A DNA stretch of 64,000 nt from Minisyncoccota bacterium (GCA_026195275.1 JAPHQU010000001.1:77712-141711); one strand, 5' to 3'; positions 1-9,428 are shown, counted from the stretch's first letter. Notes: generated from the sequence alone by a model not told the origin. Made by a program: numbers and translations.

Positions 1-1
1 C

Positions 2-1543
2 GACTCTAAAGTATACCGATCATTTGCATTATTCTGTCTGAGCGTCGCTATTTGGAGCGGCTTTTATTTTCTCTGGCAGGTCAGTACAGACGCATCTTCG
101 GCACTCTTCTTCTCACGCGCACTCATGGCGGCCGCAATATGGATCCCGTTGCTTTACTTTATCTTCACGTTGCGTTTTCTTGATCAGTACGAAAAGTGGA
201 AGAGGTTTGTATATGTAGGCATTGCGGTATTTTCTGTATTCTTTGTTGCAAACTTTACCCAATATTTTGTAGAAGGAGTCGCCCCGGCGCTCTCATTTAA
301 GTTCTGGCCAACGCCGGGAATACTCTTCCTTCCATTTCTTGTCCTGTGGTTTGCATATCTTGCAGGCAGCACCCTCCTTCTCTTCCGTGAATTCATGGAT
401 TCAACCGGGCTACGCCGTGAGCAAGCAAGTATCATACTGGTAGGGATCACAAGTGGGTTTGTTGCGGGCACAACAAACTACCTCATGTGGTACGGTATCC
501 CCATTCCGCCTTACGGCAATGTCCTTGTTTCGGTATACGTTGGTCTATCTGTATACGCTCTCGTCAAAAGCTATTTGTTTAACATCCAACTCCTCACGGT
601 CGAGCTTCTTGTATTCCTCATCAGCGGAAGCATCTTCGCCAATCTTATTCTCCGGAAAAACACAGAGGGGATCGTCTTCGATATCGGCATTCTCGTTTTT
701 GTCATAATTGTCGGGACCATCATTATCAAAAGTGTACTCAAAGAATCCAAACGAAAACTTGAGCTTCAGGAATTATCTGAGAAACTCAAAGAAGCGAACC
801 TTCGCCTTCAGGAGATCGATCACATGAAATCCGAGTTTGTTGCAACAACTGCACACGAGCTACGCACCCCTCTTTCCGCAGCTAAGTGGGCAATCAACAT
901 GGTGCTCTCGGGTGAGGCGGGTGAGATAAATGAGGAGCAAAAAGAGCTGCTTGATAAGGGGTACCAGAGCAGCGAACGTATAACCAAACTTGTTAACAAC
1001 CTGCTCAACACATCGCGCATGGAGTCAGGAAAGTTTCAGTACGAGTTTAAAGAAGAGTCTCTTGACGAGATTCTCTCCAGTATACACAAGAGTTTCGAGC
1101 AACAAGCAAAAGATAAAAATATAACGCTCAACTACACTCATGAAGAGAAACCCTTACCAAACATTATGCTCGATGCTGAGAAATTGAAGACGGCAATTGA
1201 GAACCTTGTCGACAACGCTATGAAATATACCGAGCCCGGCGACAAGATTGAGATTATCTCTCGAACAAGGGATGGGGTAGTATATATAGATATAGTAGAT
1301 ACCGGTATAGGCATCCCAGAGAGACAGGTGCCACAACTATTCTCTCGCTTCTTCCGAGCCAAAAATGCTGTTAAGGTGCGGCCTGATGGAACCGGACTCG
1401 GTCTCTACATCAGTAAACAAATAGTGGAGAAACACGGCGGAAGAATCTGGATTAACTCCAAAGAAGGCGAAGGTACTGAGGTTCACATTACTCTTCCTCA
1501 GAACGCTGAACCGGAAAAACTTACGCCTGATACAACGGTATAA
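2..1543 (+). CDS. sensor histidine kinase with multi-TM N-terminal sensor; possibly 5'-partial at window edge
   Basis: ORF track 125..1543 (first in-window ATG at 125) but the frame stays open and hydrophobic (SFALFCLSVAIWSGFYFLWQV) back to nt 2; about 6 TM helices, then HisKA H-box (SEFVATTAHELRTPL) and HATPase_c (DTGIGI...GTGLGL); stop overlaps recG start (TAATG). Confidence 0.8.
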   Translation, partial: DSKVYRSFALFCLSVAIWSGFYFLWQVSTDASSALFFSRALMAAAIWIPLLYFIFTLRFLDQYEKWKRFVYVGIAVFSVFFVANFTQYFVEGVAPALSFKFWPTPGILFLPFLVLWFAYLAGSTLLLFREFMDSTGLRREQASIILVGITSGFVAGTTNYLMWYGIPIPPYGNVLVSVYVGLSVYALVKSYLFNIQLLTVELLVFLISGSIFANLILRKNTEGIVFDIGILVFVIIVGTIIIKSVLKESKRKLELQELSEKLKEANLRLQEIDHMKSEFVATTAHELRTPLSAAKWAINMVLSGEAGEINEEQKELLDKGYQSSERITKLVNNLLNTSRMESGKFQYEFKEESLDEILSSIHKSFEQQAKDKNITLNYTHEEKPLPNIMLDAEKLKTAIENLVDNAMKYTEPGDKIEIISRTRDGVVYIDIVDTGIGIPERQVPQLFSRFFRAKNAVKVRPDGTGLGLYISKQIVEKHGGRIWINSKEGEGTEVHITLPQNAEPEKLTPDTTV

Positions 1544-3696
1544 TGCAACTCACTGACTCGATTGAGAAACACTTTCGCCTGGTTGAGACACAGAAGAAGG
1601 CGCTTAAGTGTCTTGGGCTCACTACTATTGAGTCGCTCCTCTACCACCTCCCTTCTCGCTACGAGAATGTATCTGAGATCATGCGCGTTTCAGACCTCAA
1701 GAAAGACGACGCGGCGATCCTCTATGGCACCCTCTCAGGGCTCAAAACCAAGAAGTCGTTTCGCTTGCGCACACCCATCTCCGAAGCGCAGTTTCGTGAC
1801 GAATCCGGCTCAATCAAGATTACATGGTTCCACCAGCCGTACATCGCGAAAATGTATGAGGGCGCAACACACGTAAAGCTCACTGGGAAAGTCACTGGTG
1901 ATACAGACAGTCTCTACATCGCCAACCCGGAGATCGAGCGGATTGATGCGATTCCCGTTGAGACGCATGGACTCTTTGCAAATGGAGACGGTGCATCAGA
2001 CTTCTACGCAATCTACCCCGAGAGCAAAGGAATAACCTCCAAGTGGTTCTACCACAACATGCGCAAGATACTTGAAGGAGGTATTCTCGAACAGATTACT
2101 GACCCGGTGCCGGAAGAGATCCTCAAGCGCTACAATCTTCCTTCACTCACGACTGCGCTCGTATGGATACACACGCCGAGATCTGAGAAAGATAGCTTGG
2201 CGGCGCGTAAGCGCTTCGCGTTTAACGAGGTCTTTTTCATCCAGCTCTTCAAGCAACAAGAACGACACGAGAACAATGAGAAACACTCGCTCCGGGTCAC
2301 CGTCGACGAAGCGCGTATCAAGGAATTCGTGGAGCGTTTCCCGTTTGAGCCGACCGACTCGCAAAAGAGTGCGATTGACTCAATCGCTGAGGACTTCAAA
2401 AAAGAACACCCGATGTCGCGCCTCCTTGAAGGAGACGTTGGCTCCGGAAAGACTGCTGTCGCCGCGACCACCGTCTACGCGGTGACCACCTCGCGCCCCG
2501 AGGGGCAGGACTTCGGCGCGCTCCAAACAGCATACATGGTGCCGACCGAGATCCTCGCCAAACAGCACTTCGAGTCGTTCATCGAGTACTTCAACCACAT
2601 GCCGGTCTCGATCGCGCTTATCACTTCAAGCGGGTGTAAGAAGTTCCCGTCCAAGGTCGACCCAAGTAAGGCGACTGAGATCTCACGCGCGCAACTCCTT
2701 AAGTGGGTGAAGAATGGTGAGATCCCGATCGTTATTGGGACACATTCGCTCATCCAAAAGACGGTAGAGTTCAAGAACCTCGCGTACGTCATTATCGACG
2801 AGCAACACCGCTTCGGTACCATCCAGCGGCAGACGCTTGCGCGCAAGGATGACCGCGCGCCGCACCTGCTCTCGATGACCGCAACCCCGATTCCGCGCAC
2901 GCTCGCGCTCACTATCTATGGCGACCTTGACCTCACCGTCCTCGACGAGATGCCACACGGCAGGAAACCAATCAGGACTGAGATTGTGGTCCCCGACGGA
3001 CGCACAAAAACCTATGAGAAGATCCGCACCGAGCTTGAAGCTGGTCGCCAGGCGTACGTCATCTGCCCGCGCATCGACGAGCCGGATCCGAAGAAAGCGC
3101 TCGCGCTTAACGCAAAGTCGGTGACCGCGGAAGCAGCACGATTAAAGAAAGACGTGTTTCCTGAGTACGAGATCGGCATCCTCCACAGCAAGCTCACCCC
3201 CGCCAAGAAAGAAGAGGTGATGAATGCGTTTGCTGCGGGTGATATTGATATCCTCGTTGCGACGTCGGTCGTTGAGGTTGGGGTCAATGTGCCGAACGCG
3301 ACCGTAATCGTGATTGAAGGTGCGGAGCGCTTCGGGCTCGCGCAGCTCCACCAGCTGCGCGGCCGCGTTATCCGCAGCAACCACCAGGCGCATTGTTTTG
3401 TTTTCTCGGAAAGCAAATCAAAAAAGAGTGTTGAGCGACTTAGGGCACTCGCAACCGCAAAGAACGGCTTCGACCTGGCAGAGTTTGACCTTACACTGCG
3501 CGGCGCAGGAGAGCTCTATGGCAAGAAGCAGTGGGGGCTCTCCGACATTGGCATGGAAGCCATTAAGAATGTAAAGATGGTCGAGGCGGCGCGCAGTGAA
3601 GCAGAGAAACTTATTAACCTCGACCCAACGCTCGTAAAACACCCTGACCTCAGACGACACGTCGAAGAAAAAGTGGAAGCGTCACATTTTGAATAA
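1543..3696 (+). CDS. recG: ATP-dependent DNA helicase RecG
   Basis: 717 aa; wedge domain then helicase motifs GDVGSGKT (Walker A), DEQHRFG (DEAH-like), HQLRGRVIR; followed by hairpin terminator. Confidence 0.9.
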   Translation: MQLTDSIEKHFRLVETQKKALKCLGLTTIESLLYHLPSRYENVSEIMRVSDLKKDDAAILYGTLSGLKTKKSFRLRTPISEAQFRDESGSIKITWFHQPYIAKMYEGATHVKLTGKVTGDTDSLYIANPEIERIDAIPVETHGLFANGDGASDFYAIYPESKGITSKWFYHNMRKILEGGILEQITDPVPEEILKRYNLPSLTTALVWIHTPRSEKDSLAARKRFAFNEVFFIQLFKQQERHENNEKHSLRVTVDEARIKEFVERFPFEPTDSQKSAIDSIAEDFKKEHPMSRLLEGDVGSGKTAVAATTVYAVTTSRPEGQDFGALQTAYMVPTEILAKQHFESFIEYFNHMPVSIALITSSGCKKFPSKVDPSKATEISRAQLLKWVKNGEIPIVIGTHSLIQKTVEFKNLAYVIIDEQHRFGTIQRQTLARKDDRAPHLLSMTATPIPRTLALTIYGDLDLTVLDEMPHGRKPIRTEIVVPDGRTKTYEKIRTELEAGRQAYVICPRIDEPDPKKALALNAKSVTAEAARLKKDVFPEYEIGILHSKLTPAKKEEVMNAFAAGDIDILVATSVVEVGVNVPNATVIVIEGAERFGLAQLHQLRGRVIRSNHQAHCFVFSESKSKKSVERLRALATAKNGFDLAEFDLTLRGAGELYGKKQWGLSDIGMEAIKNVKMVEAARSEAEKLINLDPTLVKHPDLRRHVEEKVEASHFE

Positions 3697-3701
3697 AAAT
3701 A

Positions 3702-3734
3702 CGCCCGCAGCTTTGGCTGCGGGCGCTTCTGGTG
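3702..3734. terminator. intrinsic terminator hairpin CGCCCGCAGC-TTTG-GCTGCGGGCG between convergent recG and orf
   Basis: perfect 10-bp GC-rich stem immediately after recG stop. Confidence 0.5.
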
Positions 3735-3735
3735 C

Positions 3736-4065
3736 CTACATTCTCCACGAGCGCTCATGGAGAAAATAGAGGATACCAAAGGTGAGATGCATAACGCCGC
3801 CGACGAGCATAGTCCACGACAAACTGAGACCGTTCGCCAAATAGAGTCCGCATGGCATAACCAGCATCGATCCGAACCATGCTATTAAAATCATCGCCGC
3901 GCCATCTTGGTAATACTCCCCTGTTTCCTCATCAAACACATTCGCAATGGCGGGGATAAACCATGTCACCCACTGTAAAAGCAGGATGGAGGCGTACTTC
4001 ACGGAAAGTCCCAGATGCCGAATCGGCGCAACGGGAGAAATCCGAGGTCCAATTTGAATATACAT
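3736..4065 (-). CDS. hypothetical small membrane protein
   Basis: 109-aa ORF, ATG at 4065, 3 predicted TM segments; no recognisable motif. Confidence 0.4.
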   Translation of the reverse strand: MYIQIGPRISPVAPIRHLGLSVKYASILLLQWVTWFIPAIANVFDEETGEYYQDGAAMILIAWFGSMLVMPCGLYLANGLSLSWTMLVGGVMHLTFGILYFLHERSWRM

Positions 4066-4176
4066 AACCTGGCTCCTTCAGACTGTTTCTGCGGACAGGC
4101 TATCACACAGGACTCTAAAAAGCCACTCGCATACTCTCGGGCTCGATATGCATAACAATAAGAAAACGCCCTTGGA

Positions 4177-4437
4177 TTACACCAAGGGCGTTTTGATAAA
4201 AACATAGAGCGTGCCAGACATGAGATAAAAACCAACCATGATCGCGCAAAGTGATGGCACCGATGTCACAAACGAGAGGACCAGGAGGAGTGAGGTAATC
4301 ATTCCATAGAGCATGAGAATGCCCACTACGTCAGCCTTAAGGAGCTCATCGATATTTTTGTTTTTAATGTCTCCGATTGCGAAGACAATCCACGCAATAA
4401 GCACCTTGGAGGTCTTGAAGATCAAGTGTCTGTTCAT
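4177..4437 (-). CDS. hypothetical small membrane protein
   Basis: 86-aa ORF, ATG at 4437, two hydrophobic helices; stop embedded in terminator hairpin AAAACGCCCTTGG-ATTACA-CCAAGGGCGTTTTG. Confidence 0.4.
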   Translation of the reverse strand: MNRHLIFKTSKVLIAWIVFAIGDIKNKNIDELLKADVVGILMLYGMITSLLLVLSFVTSVPSLCAIMVGFYLMSGTLYVFIKTPLV

Positions 4438-4589
4438 GCGTCTTCCTTTCTCTTTGGCGTGTATCTAGTCGTGAAAATACCACATATTTCTATATATAGC
4501 AATACCTCTTATAACACGACATGCGCGCTATAGTGACGGGAGTATGAGCTTACAAATGAGTAAACAAGAAGTGCTCTTGTGGTAAACCT

Positions 4590-4612
4590 AGGACCGCCAG
4601 GATATAACATTC
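4590..4612 (-). repeat. degenerate tRNA-derived fragment (variable-loop/T-stem-like GGCGGTCCTAGG)
   Basis: aggaccgccaggatataac resembles the reverse complement of the anticodon-stem/variable-loop region of the adjacent tRNA (ggaccgccaagatataagc). Confidence 0.3.
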
Positions 4613-4661
4613 GTGGGATTGGTTCACTCGGTCAAAATAAAGTAATAATCTCAGATTTGTG

Positions 4662-4735
4662 AGCGTACCAGGATTTGAACCTGGGACCGCGGAGATATAT
4701 TTCATATATTCTCTACATTCGAGTGAACTGCAAAC
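4662..4735 (-). pseudogene. tRNA 3'-half remnant (variable loop + T arm + acceptor 3' strand) fused to an AT-rich hairpin; no acceptor 5' strand or D arm
   Basis: minus-strand RNA ...GAGAAUAUAUGAAAUAUAUCUCCGCGGUCCCAGGUUCAAAUCCUGGUACGCUCA copies CGGUCCCAGGUUCAAAUCCUGG of the intact tRNA 75 nt upstream; no GAGCGUA partner for the 3' acceptor strand. Confidence 0.45.
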
Positions 4736-4740
4736 ATTTG

Positions 4741-4814
4741 TCCGTCCTCCAGGATTTGAACCTGGGACCGCCAAGATATAAGCTTGGTGCTCTAACCAAC
4801 TGAGCTAAGGACGG
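4741..4814 (-). tRNA. tRNA with anticodon UAU (AUA-decoding tRNA-Ile2-like); C1-G72 acceptor
   Basis: revcomp CCGTCCT-TA-GCTC-AGTTGGTTA-GAGC-A-CCAAG-CTTATAT-CTTGG-CGGTC-CCAGG-TTCAAAT-CCTGG-AGGACGG-A folds as canonical cloverleaf; anticodon loop CUUAUAU gives UAU. Confidence 0.7.
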
Positions 4815-4912
4815 AATGCAAGAACTATACCGTAAAGTTGGACTTCTTTGAAGCTCTCATCGTCTGTGCTACAGTGGCATCAGTTTTGTTCCAATGAACC
4901 GAGGAAAATGAC

Positions 4913-5242
4913 ATGCTTTACCGAATCGCAAAGTTGGTTATGACCAGCTACTCGATCATTGGGTCTCTTCTTGGGGCTCTCGTCGGATTCGTCATCTTTT
5001 TGGTGATCTACATCCTTCCGCTTCTCGCTTTCATCATCAACCTTTGCTGGACGCCAGTCATCGCTATCCGTGCATTCGGGCGTCTCGGGAAATATGGGGT
5101 TCCCTTTGGGGAAACATGGCGCAACGAGATCCGCGAGACCAAGAAAGCTTGGCGGGACGTCGTTGAAGGCTTCCATTTCATCTTTTGCGAAGCTCCGCAA
5201 AACATCTTCGACAATCTCCGCCGCACGCTCAGTGCTGCCTAG
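4913..5242 (+). CDS. hypothetical small membrane protein
   Basis: 109 aa, RBS GAGGAAAA 5 nt upstream of ATG, two TM helices; followed by bidirectional terminator. Confidence 0.5.
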   Translation: MLYRIAKLVMTSYSIIGSLLGALVGFVIFLVIYILPLLAFIINLCWTPVIAIRAFGRLGKYGVPFGETWRNEIRETKKAWRDVVEGFHFIFCEAPQNIFDNLRRTLSAA

Positions 5243-5255
5243 CCGGCGACAACGT

Positions 5256-5290
5256 AAAAGGGCCAGCATCCGCTGGCCCTTTCTTTTGTT
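5256..5290. terminator. bidirectional intrinsic terminator GGGCCAGC-ATCC-GCTGGCCC + TTTCTTTTG
   Basis: perfect 8-bp GC stem between convergent orf4913 and ftsH. Confidence 0.6.
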
Positions 5291-5293
5291 TGC

Positions 5294-7282
5294 CTATTCG
5301 CTGTGTTCGATATCCTCTTTTTTCTTCGGGGTGATGCCGTTTGCGATGAGGAGTTTTTCAAATTCATCGCGTTCAAGCGTCTCTACCTTAACGAGCTCCT
5401 GCGCGATCGCGTCGAGTGCACCGCGGTGTTTGGTGAGGATGTCCTCTGCCTTCTTATACGCATCGTCAATTATTTTGTGCACCTCGGCATCGATCTCCGC
5501 TGAGACCTTCTCGGAGTACTCTTTTCCGTCGATACCGGAGCCCATGAGCGCGCGACCACCCTCTCCCTCAAGCGCGACCGGCCCGATCTTATCTGACATA
5601 CCGTATTTGGTCACCATGTTGCGCGCGAGCGCAGTGAGCACCTGGAGGTCATTCGATGGACCAGTCGTCACATCATCAAAAACCATCTGCTCAGCGATGT
5701 ACCCACCAAGCGTCGTCGCTATATCATCGAGAAACTCTTTCTTTGACTGCATCCTCCGCTCATCAAACGGGAGCTTGAGTGTGTAGCCTGCAGCGCGACC
5801 ACGCGAGATGATCGAGATCTTGTGTACCGGGTCAGCGTACGGCAACACGCTTGAGACAAGTGCGTGCCCCGCTTCATGGTACGCGGTGATCTCCTTTTCT
5901 TTTGTATTCAAAACATGACTCTTGCGCTCTGGGCCGAGCATCACCTTCTCGATTGCGCGAATGAGGTCGTACTGAGTCACCTTCTTGCGATTCTCACGTG
6001 CCGCCAAAATCGCACCTTCGTTCATGAGTGAGTAGAGGTCGGCCCCCGAGAAACCAGGCGTACGCTCGGCGATCACGGTAAGGTCAACGTCTGAGTAGAG
6101 TGGCTTCTTGCGCGCGTGGATCTTGAGGATTGCTTCACGGTCAGAGCGGTCCGGCAGGTCAACAGTCACCCGGCGGTCAAATCGCCCCGGGCGAAGGAGT
6201 GCAGGGTCAAGGACGTCCGGGCGGTTGGTCGCCGCCATCACGATCACCTTTTCATTCGGCTCAAATCCATCCATCTCCACAAGGATCTGGTTGAGCGTCT
6301 GCTCGCGCTCGTCATTACCACCCCCGACTCCTGTGCCACGCACACGCCCCACTGCATCAATCTCGTCGACAAAGATGATCGCCGGGGCGGACTGCTTCGC
6401 GAGCTTGAAGAGATCGCGTACACGAGATGCTCCAACGCCGACGAACATCTCGACGAACTCTGAACCGGAGATCGAAAAGAACGGCACGCCAGCTTCACCT
6501 GCGACCGCGCGCGCGAGCAAGGTCTTCCCGGTTCCCGGTGCACCCATGAGGATAATCCCCTTCGGGATTTGCGCGCCAATCGCGATAAACTTCTTTGGGT
6601 TCTTAAGAAAATCAACAATCTCAACAAGTTCTTCTTTCGCTTCCTTTGCACCGGCAACATCTTTAAACGTTACTTTCTGGCTCTGGTCATTCGGGTCAAT
6701 GATGCGCGCCTTTGATTGCCCGAATGAGAATGCTTGCATGCCGGCGCCTTTCACCTGCCGTGAGAGGTACCATATGAAGAATGCGATGAGGAATATTGGG
6801 ATGAGGAAAGGCGCAAGTGAAAAGAACCAGAATTTAAACCCACTCGGGTCTTTCACTTCAACACTCACCTCTCCCAACTCATCGTGAGTGACGCCATAGT
6901 TGGCAAGCGTCTCGGTGAGTGCGGTATTAGCTTCTTTCTTCGACTCTTTCTCAGTAGGCTCCTCACCCTCCTCGGCAACATACGTGGCTACCACTCTCTC
7001 GCCACTTACCACAATCGAAGAGACTTCTCCTGCCTGTATATCTCGCGCAAGCTCAGAGATAGGGATGTTTTTGGTCCCCTCTTCGCGACCAACAATGAAT
7101 GAGTATGTGCTCACCAAAATAAGGAGGAGGAGGAGTGTGCTGAGCAGGTTCGCCCAGAACTGCTGACGTTCAGGGAGTTTTGGCATCTCGGACGAAGGCT
7201 TCTTCTCACCCTTCTTCGGATTTTGTCCGGTGTTTTTTGCGGCTTTTTTCTTACCGCTGTGATTTTTTCCAAAGAGGTCCAT
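5294..7282 (-). CDS. ftsH: ATP-dependent zinc metalloprotease FtsH (Lys-rich N-terminal extension)
   Basis: ORF 5294..7444; start set at ATG 7282 ([13 protein letters not shown]...) preceded by TATAAT 12 nt upstream; TM helices, AAA Walker [12 protein letters not shown], Zn site HEAGHA. Confidence 0.9.
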   Translation of the reverse strand: MDLFGKNHSGKKKAAKNTGQNPKKGEKKPSSEMPKLPERQQFWANLLSTLLLLLILVSTYSFIVGREEGTKNIPISELARDIQAGEVSSIVVSGERVVATYVAEEGEEPTEKESKKEANTALTETLANYGVTHDELGEVSVEVKDPSGFKFWFFSLAPFLIPIFLIAFFIWYLSRQVKGAGMQAFSFGQSKARIIDPNDQSQKVTFKDVAGAKEAKEELVEIVDFLKNPKKFIAIGAQIPKGIILMGAPGTGKTLLARAVAGEAGVPFFSISGSEFVEMFVGVGASRVRDLFKLAKQSAPAIIFVDEIDAVGRVRGTGVGGGNDEREQTLNQILVEMDGFEPNEKVIVMAATNRPDVLDPALLRPGRFDRRVTVDLPDRSDREAILKIHARKKPLYSDVDLTVIAERTPGFSGADLYSLMNEGAILAARENRKKVTQYDLIRAIEKVMLGPERKSHVLNTKEKEITAYHEAGHALVSSVLPYADPVHKISIISRGRAAGYTLKLPFDERRMQSKKEFLDDIATTLGGYIAEQMVFDDVTTGPSNDLQVLTALARNMVTKYGMSDKIGPVALEGEGGRALMGSGIDGKEYSEKVSAEIDAEVHKIIDDAYKKAEDILTKHRGALDAIAQELVKVETLERDEFEKLLIANGITPKKKEDIEHSE

Positions 7283-7330
7283 AGTCGTGCCATTATACAT
7301 TAAAATGAGGTAAGATGAACAGGAAGAAGT

Positions 7331-7777
7331 ATGGCAGATCTGATTAGGAACAAAAAAGCAACGTTCAACTTCGAAATCCTCGAAACTTTCGAAGCAGGGA
7401 TCGAGCTTCTTGGGTTTGAAGTCAAATCGCTCCGCAAAAAACAAGGCTCACTTGAGGGTGCGCACGTCCTTGTGCGCGGCGGAGAGGTATTCTTAGTGGG
7501 GGCGACCATTCCGCCCTTTCAGCCGGCAAACACACCGGTAGATTATGATCCTGAGCGCTCTCGCCGTTTGCTCCTCTCAAAAAAAGAAATCAGTGAATTG
7601 GCAGACGTTGAGGCGCAGAAAGGGTTGACAATAGTGCCCATTTCGGTGTATAGTAAAGCACGAAAGCTCAAGCTCAAGGTTGCAATCGCGCGCGGAAAGA
7701 AGAAATACGACAAGCGCGAAGTGATAAAGAAGCGAGAGAGCAAGCGAGCAATCGAGAGAACCTTGAAACAACAATAA
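7331..7777 (+). CDS. smpB: SsrA-binding protein SmpB
   Basis: 148 aa, MADLIRNKKATFNFEILETFEAGIELLGFEVKSLR... typical SmpB; immediately followed by tmRNA gene. Confidence 0.9.
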   Translation: MADLIRNKKATFNFEILETFEAGIELLGFEVKSLRKKQGSLEGAHVLVRGGEVFLVGATIPPFQPANTPVDYDPERSRRLLLSKKEISELADVEAQKGLTIVPISVYSKARKLKLKVAIARGKKKYDKREVIKKRESKRAIERTLKQQ

Positions 7778-7832
7778 TAGATTGTTTCGGTCCTTCCCCG
7801 CCTTTGATCTGGCTCCGGCGAGATCAAAGGCG

Positions 7833-8242
7833 GGGGATGATCGGCTTCGACAATGAAGATATCTTATCTATGTGCAAGGGAGCAGACCAGAACTGCTTAA
7901 AAAGCTGGAACACAATACGTGCAAAGAAATCTGCACTTGGAATGCTTTCACCTTTCCAGATGAAAAACTTCCAGTTCGCTTACGCACAAGCCTAAGCGAC
8001 CATCAGTACGTTTGACGTCCGATATGACGACACTGGTGTAACCCCAATCGGTCTAGGGTGCGCGATTGCCTCGACGCACATCTGAAACTAAGAGACTCGA
8101 CGTGATGTGATTTTGTTTGTTTCAAACACACCACGTTCAAACAGATCCTGATCTTGTATCTGGGTCAAAAAGACAAACTAGCCCTCTGTAGAATCATTTA
8201 TGAGACCTTTCTTGGACGCGGATTCGATTTCCGCCATCTCCA
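7833..8242 (+). ncRNA. ssrA: transfer-messenger RNA (tmRNA, SsrA); tag reading frame ends ...KNFQFAYAQA*
   Basis: 5' GGGGAUGAUCGGCUUCGAC matches tmRNA 5' consensus; 3' end GCGGA-UUCGAUU-UCCGC-CAUCUCC-A gives T arm and acceptor pairing with 5' GGGGAUG including a G3-U70 pair; internal ORF in frame ending GCT TAC GCA CAA GCC TAA (7978..7995); gene directly downstream of smpB. Confidence 0.8.
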
Positions 8243-8310
8243 CATTTATACCAATATGGACCAAAACAGACCGCTTTGTACCAATATGTACAGGTGGTTT
8301 TTTGGTACTC

Positions 8311-8339
8311 TTGACACACTCCGTGTATATAAGTACATT
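8311..8339 (+). promoter_or_regulatory. sigma70-like promoter TTGACA-17-TACATT for orf8368
   Basis: TTGACA 8311..8316, 17-nt spacer, TACATT 8334..8339, 28 nt upstream of ATG. Confidence 0.4.
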
Positions 8340-8367
8340 TTGATCAGTAAAAATAGGGAGTAAGAAA

Positions 8368-8622
8368 ATGTCTGTTCTGCTACTTTTGCTGGGGTACGCA
8401 TGCCTCGGTTACGTTGCCTATCAACTCACCAAAGAACTCTTTGCCATCTACCCCTACGGGGTCAAAAAAGATGGCGACAAGTTCTGGTGGTCCAAGTGGC
8501 TTCCAGGGCTCGGGTTCACTCTTTGCCTTATGGCCGCAGGTGAACCGTTCTATACGCTCATACCTGGCATACTAATCATGACCAGCAGCTACTTCTTCAT
8601 CCCGAAGAAGAAGGTCACCTAA
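8368..8622 (+). CDS. hypothetical small membrane protein
   Basis: 84 aa, RBS AGGGAG, two TM helices; followed by hairpin terminator. Confidence 0.5.
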   Translation: MSVLLLLLGYACLGYVAYQLTKELFAIYPYGVKKDGDKFWWSKWLPGLGFTLCLMAAGEPFYTLIPGILIMTSSYFFIPKKKVT

Positions 8623-8625
8623 CAA

Positions 8626-8667
8626 GTCCCGAAGGAGTCCCACTCCTCTCGGGGCTTCTTCATTTTT
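8626..8667 (+). terminator. intrinsic terminator (12-bp bulged stem + TTCTTCATTTTT)
   Basis: GTCCCGAAGGAG-TCCCA-CTCCTCTCGGGGC followed by U-rich tract right after orf8368 stop. Confidence 0.5.
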
Positions 8668-8963
8668 AATTACACCGATATATACCACTCTGTACCACTT
8701 CGTACCAAATTGGTAATTAAAGTTTTCCAGTGGTCCCGATGAACTCCATACTATTAAAAATACCTTGCTAAAACGGGGTGTTTTTGCTTCACCAGAGAAC
8801 AGTCTTCGTAATGGATCCCTACATCAAAACTCGAGGTACTAGGTCGAGCACCTAGAGCGAGGAGTTTATGACGGAATTGGTAGAGCCATCAGACGACGTC
8901 GAGACAATCTGGGGTGCGCAAGGTGGTACTCACCCTGTCTCTTCTGGGCCGCACGGGTGTTAC

Positions 8964-8991
8964 TTGACAAAATATATAGATATGCTATACT
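8964..8991 (+). promoter_or_regulatory. strong sigma70-like promoter TTGACA-16-TATACT upstream of small ORF 9034
   Basis: cTTGACAaaatatatagatatgcTATACTg; consensus -35 and near-consensus -10. Confidence 0.45.
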
Positions 8992-9033
8992 GTTATTAGT
9001 AAAGATCAATTCCAGACACAAAGGACACGGGTC

Positions 9034-9159
9034 ATGAAATTCGATTCGAAAGCCGCCATGCGAAGCTTCCAGGCGCAACGCGTCTCCAACCGAGATATGC
9101 TCGCTGGTCTCGCCGTCATCATGTTCGCAGTCTTCCTCGCCGCGCAATACATCCAGTAA
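9034..9159 (+). CDS. 41-aa small membrane peptide (polar N-terminus + single C-terminal TM; type-I-toxin-like architecture)
   Basis: MKFDSKAAMRSFQAQRVSNRDMLAGLAVIMFAVFLAAQYIQ; RBS AAAGGA 7 nt upstream; own promoter and own terminator; not in ORF track (<60 aa). Confidence 0.4.
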   Translation: MKFDSKAAMRSFQAQRVSNRDMLAGLAVIMFAVFLAAQYIQ

Positions 9160-9186
9160 TTTCGCCGGCGCATAGCCCCACAAAAA

Positions 9187-9219
9187 GCCCCATGCTTTAA
9201 GTGGGGCTTTTCTTTTTCC
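9187..9219 (+). terminator. intrinsic terminator GCCCCA-loop-TGGGGC + TTTTCTTTTT
   Basis: 24 nt after stop of ORF 9034..9159. Confidence 0.55.
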
Positions 9220-9278
9220 TTTACGTACCTGCCTGAATACTCTATCTTTCTTGATAGGCACACTGAAGGAGATCTTCC

Positions 9279-9428
9279 ATGAAAACACCTTTACAGAGAG
9301 CAGAGAAACTTCTCGCCAAGAGTAAGCGTGCGATCGGCGCCGCATGGCGTATCATCGAAGAAGCAAAGCTTGCACTCAAAAAATCTGACAGAGGTAAACG
9401 GACCATCGAGAATAAACCCGCGCAGTAA
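9279..9428 (+). CDS. 49-aa basic helical peptide, hypothetical
   Basis: MKTPLQRAEKLLAKSKRAIGAAWRIIEEAKLALKKSDRGKRTIENKPAQ; RBS GAAGGAGA 7 nt upstream; stop embedded in terminator. Confidence 0.4.
   Translation: MKTPLQRAEKLLAKSKRAIGAAWRIIEEAKLALKKSDRGKRTIENKPAQ

Noticed and set aside
4550-4774. 74-aa ORF
   Set aside because: Composed of the tRNA and tRNA-remnant sequences (translation VPGSNPG repeats = T-arm DNA read as protein).
5070-6887. Plus-strand ORFs 5070..5786 and 6108..6887 (238 aa, 259 aa)
   Set aside because: Both antisense to ftsH, Ser/Arg-rich low-complexity translations.
8866-8960. tRNA-like stretch (ATGACGGAATTGGTAGAGCC...)
   Set aside because: D-loop-like GGAATTGGTAGAG is present but no T arm (GGTTCGAATCC-type) or acceptor pairing follows; cannot be folded into a cloverleaf.
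8866-9345. 159-aa and 85-aa minus-strand ORFs in the 8.6-9.5 kb gap
   Set aside because: Overlap two plus-strand mini-genes that each have promoter/RBS/terminator; no RBS of their own and arginine/cysteine-rich composition typical of antisense frames.
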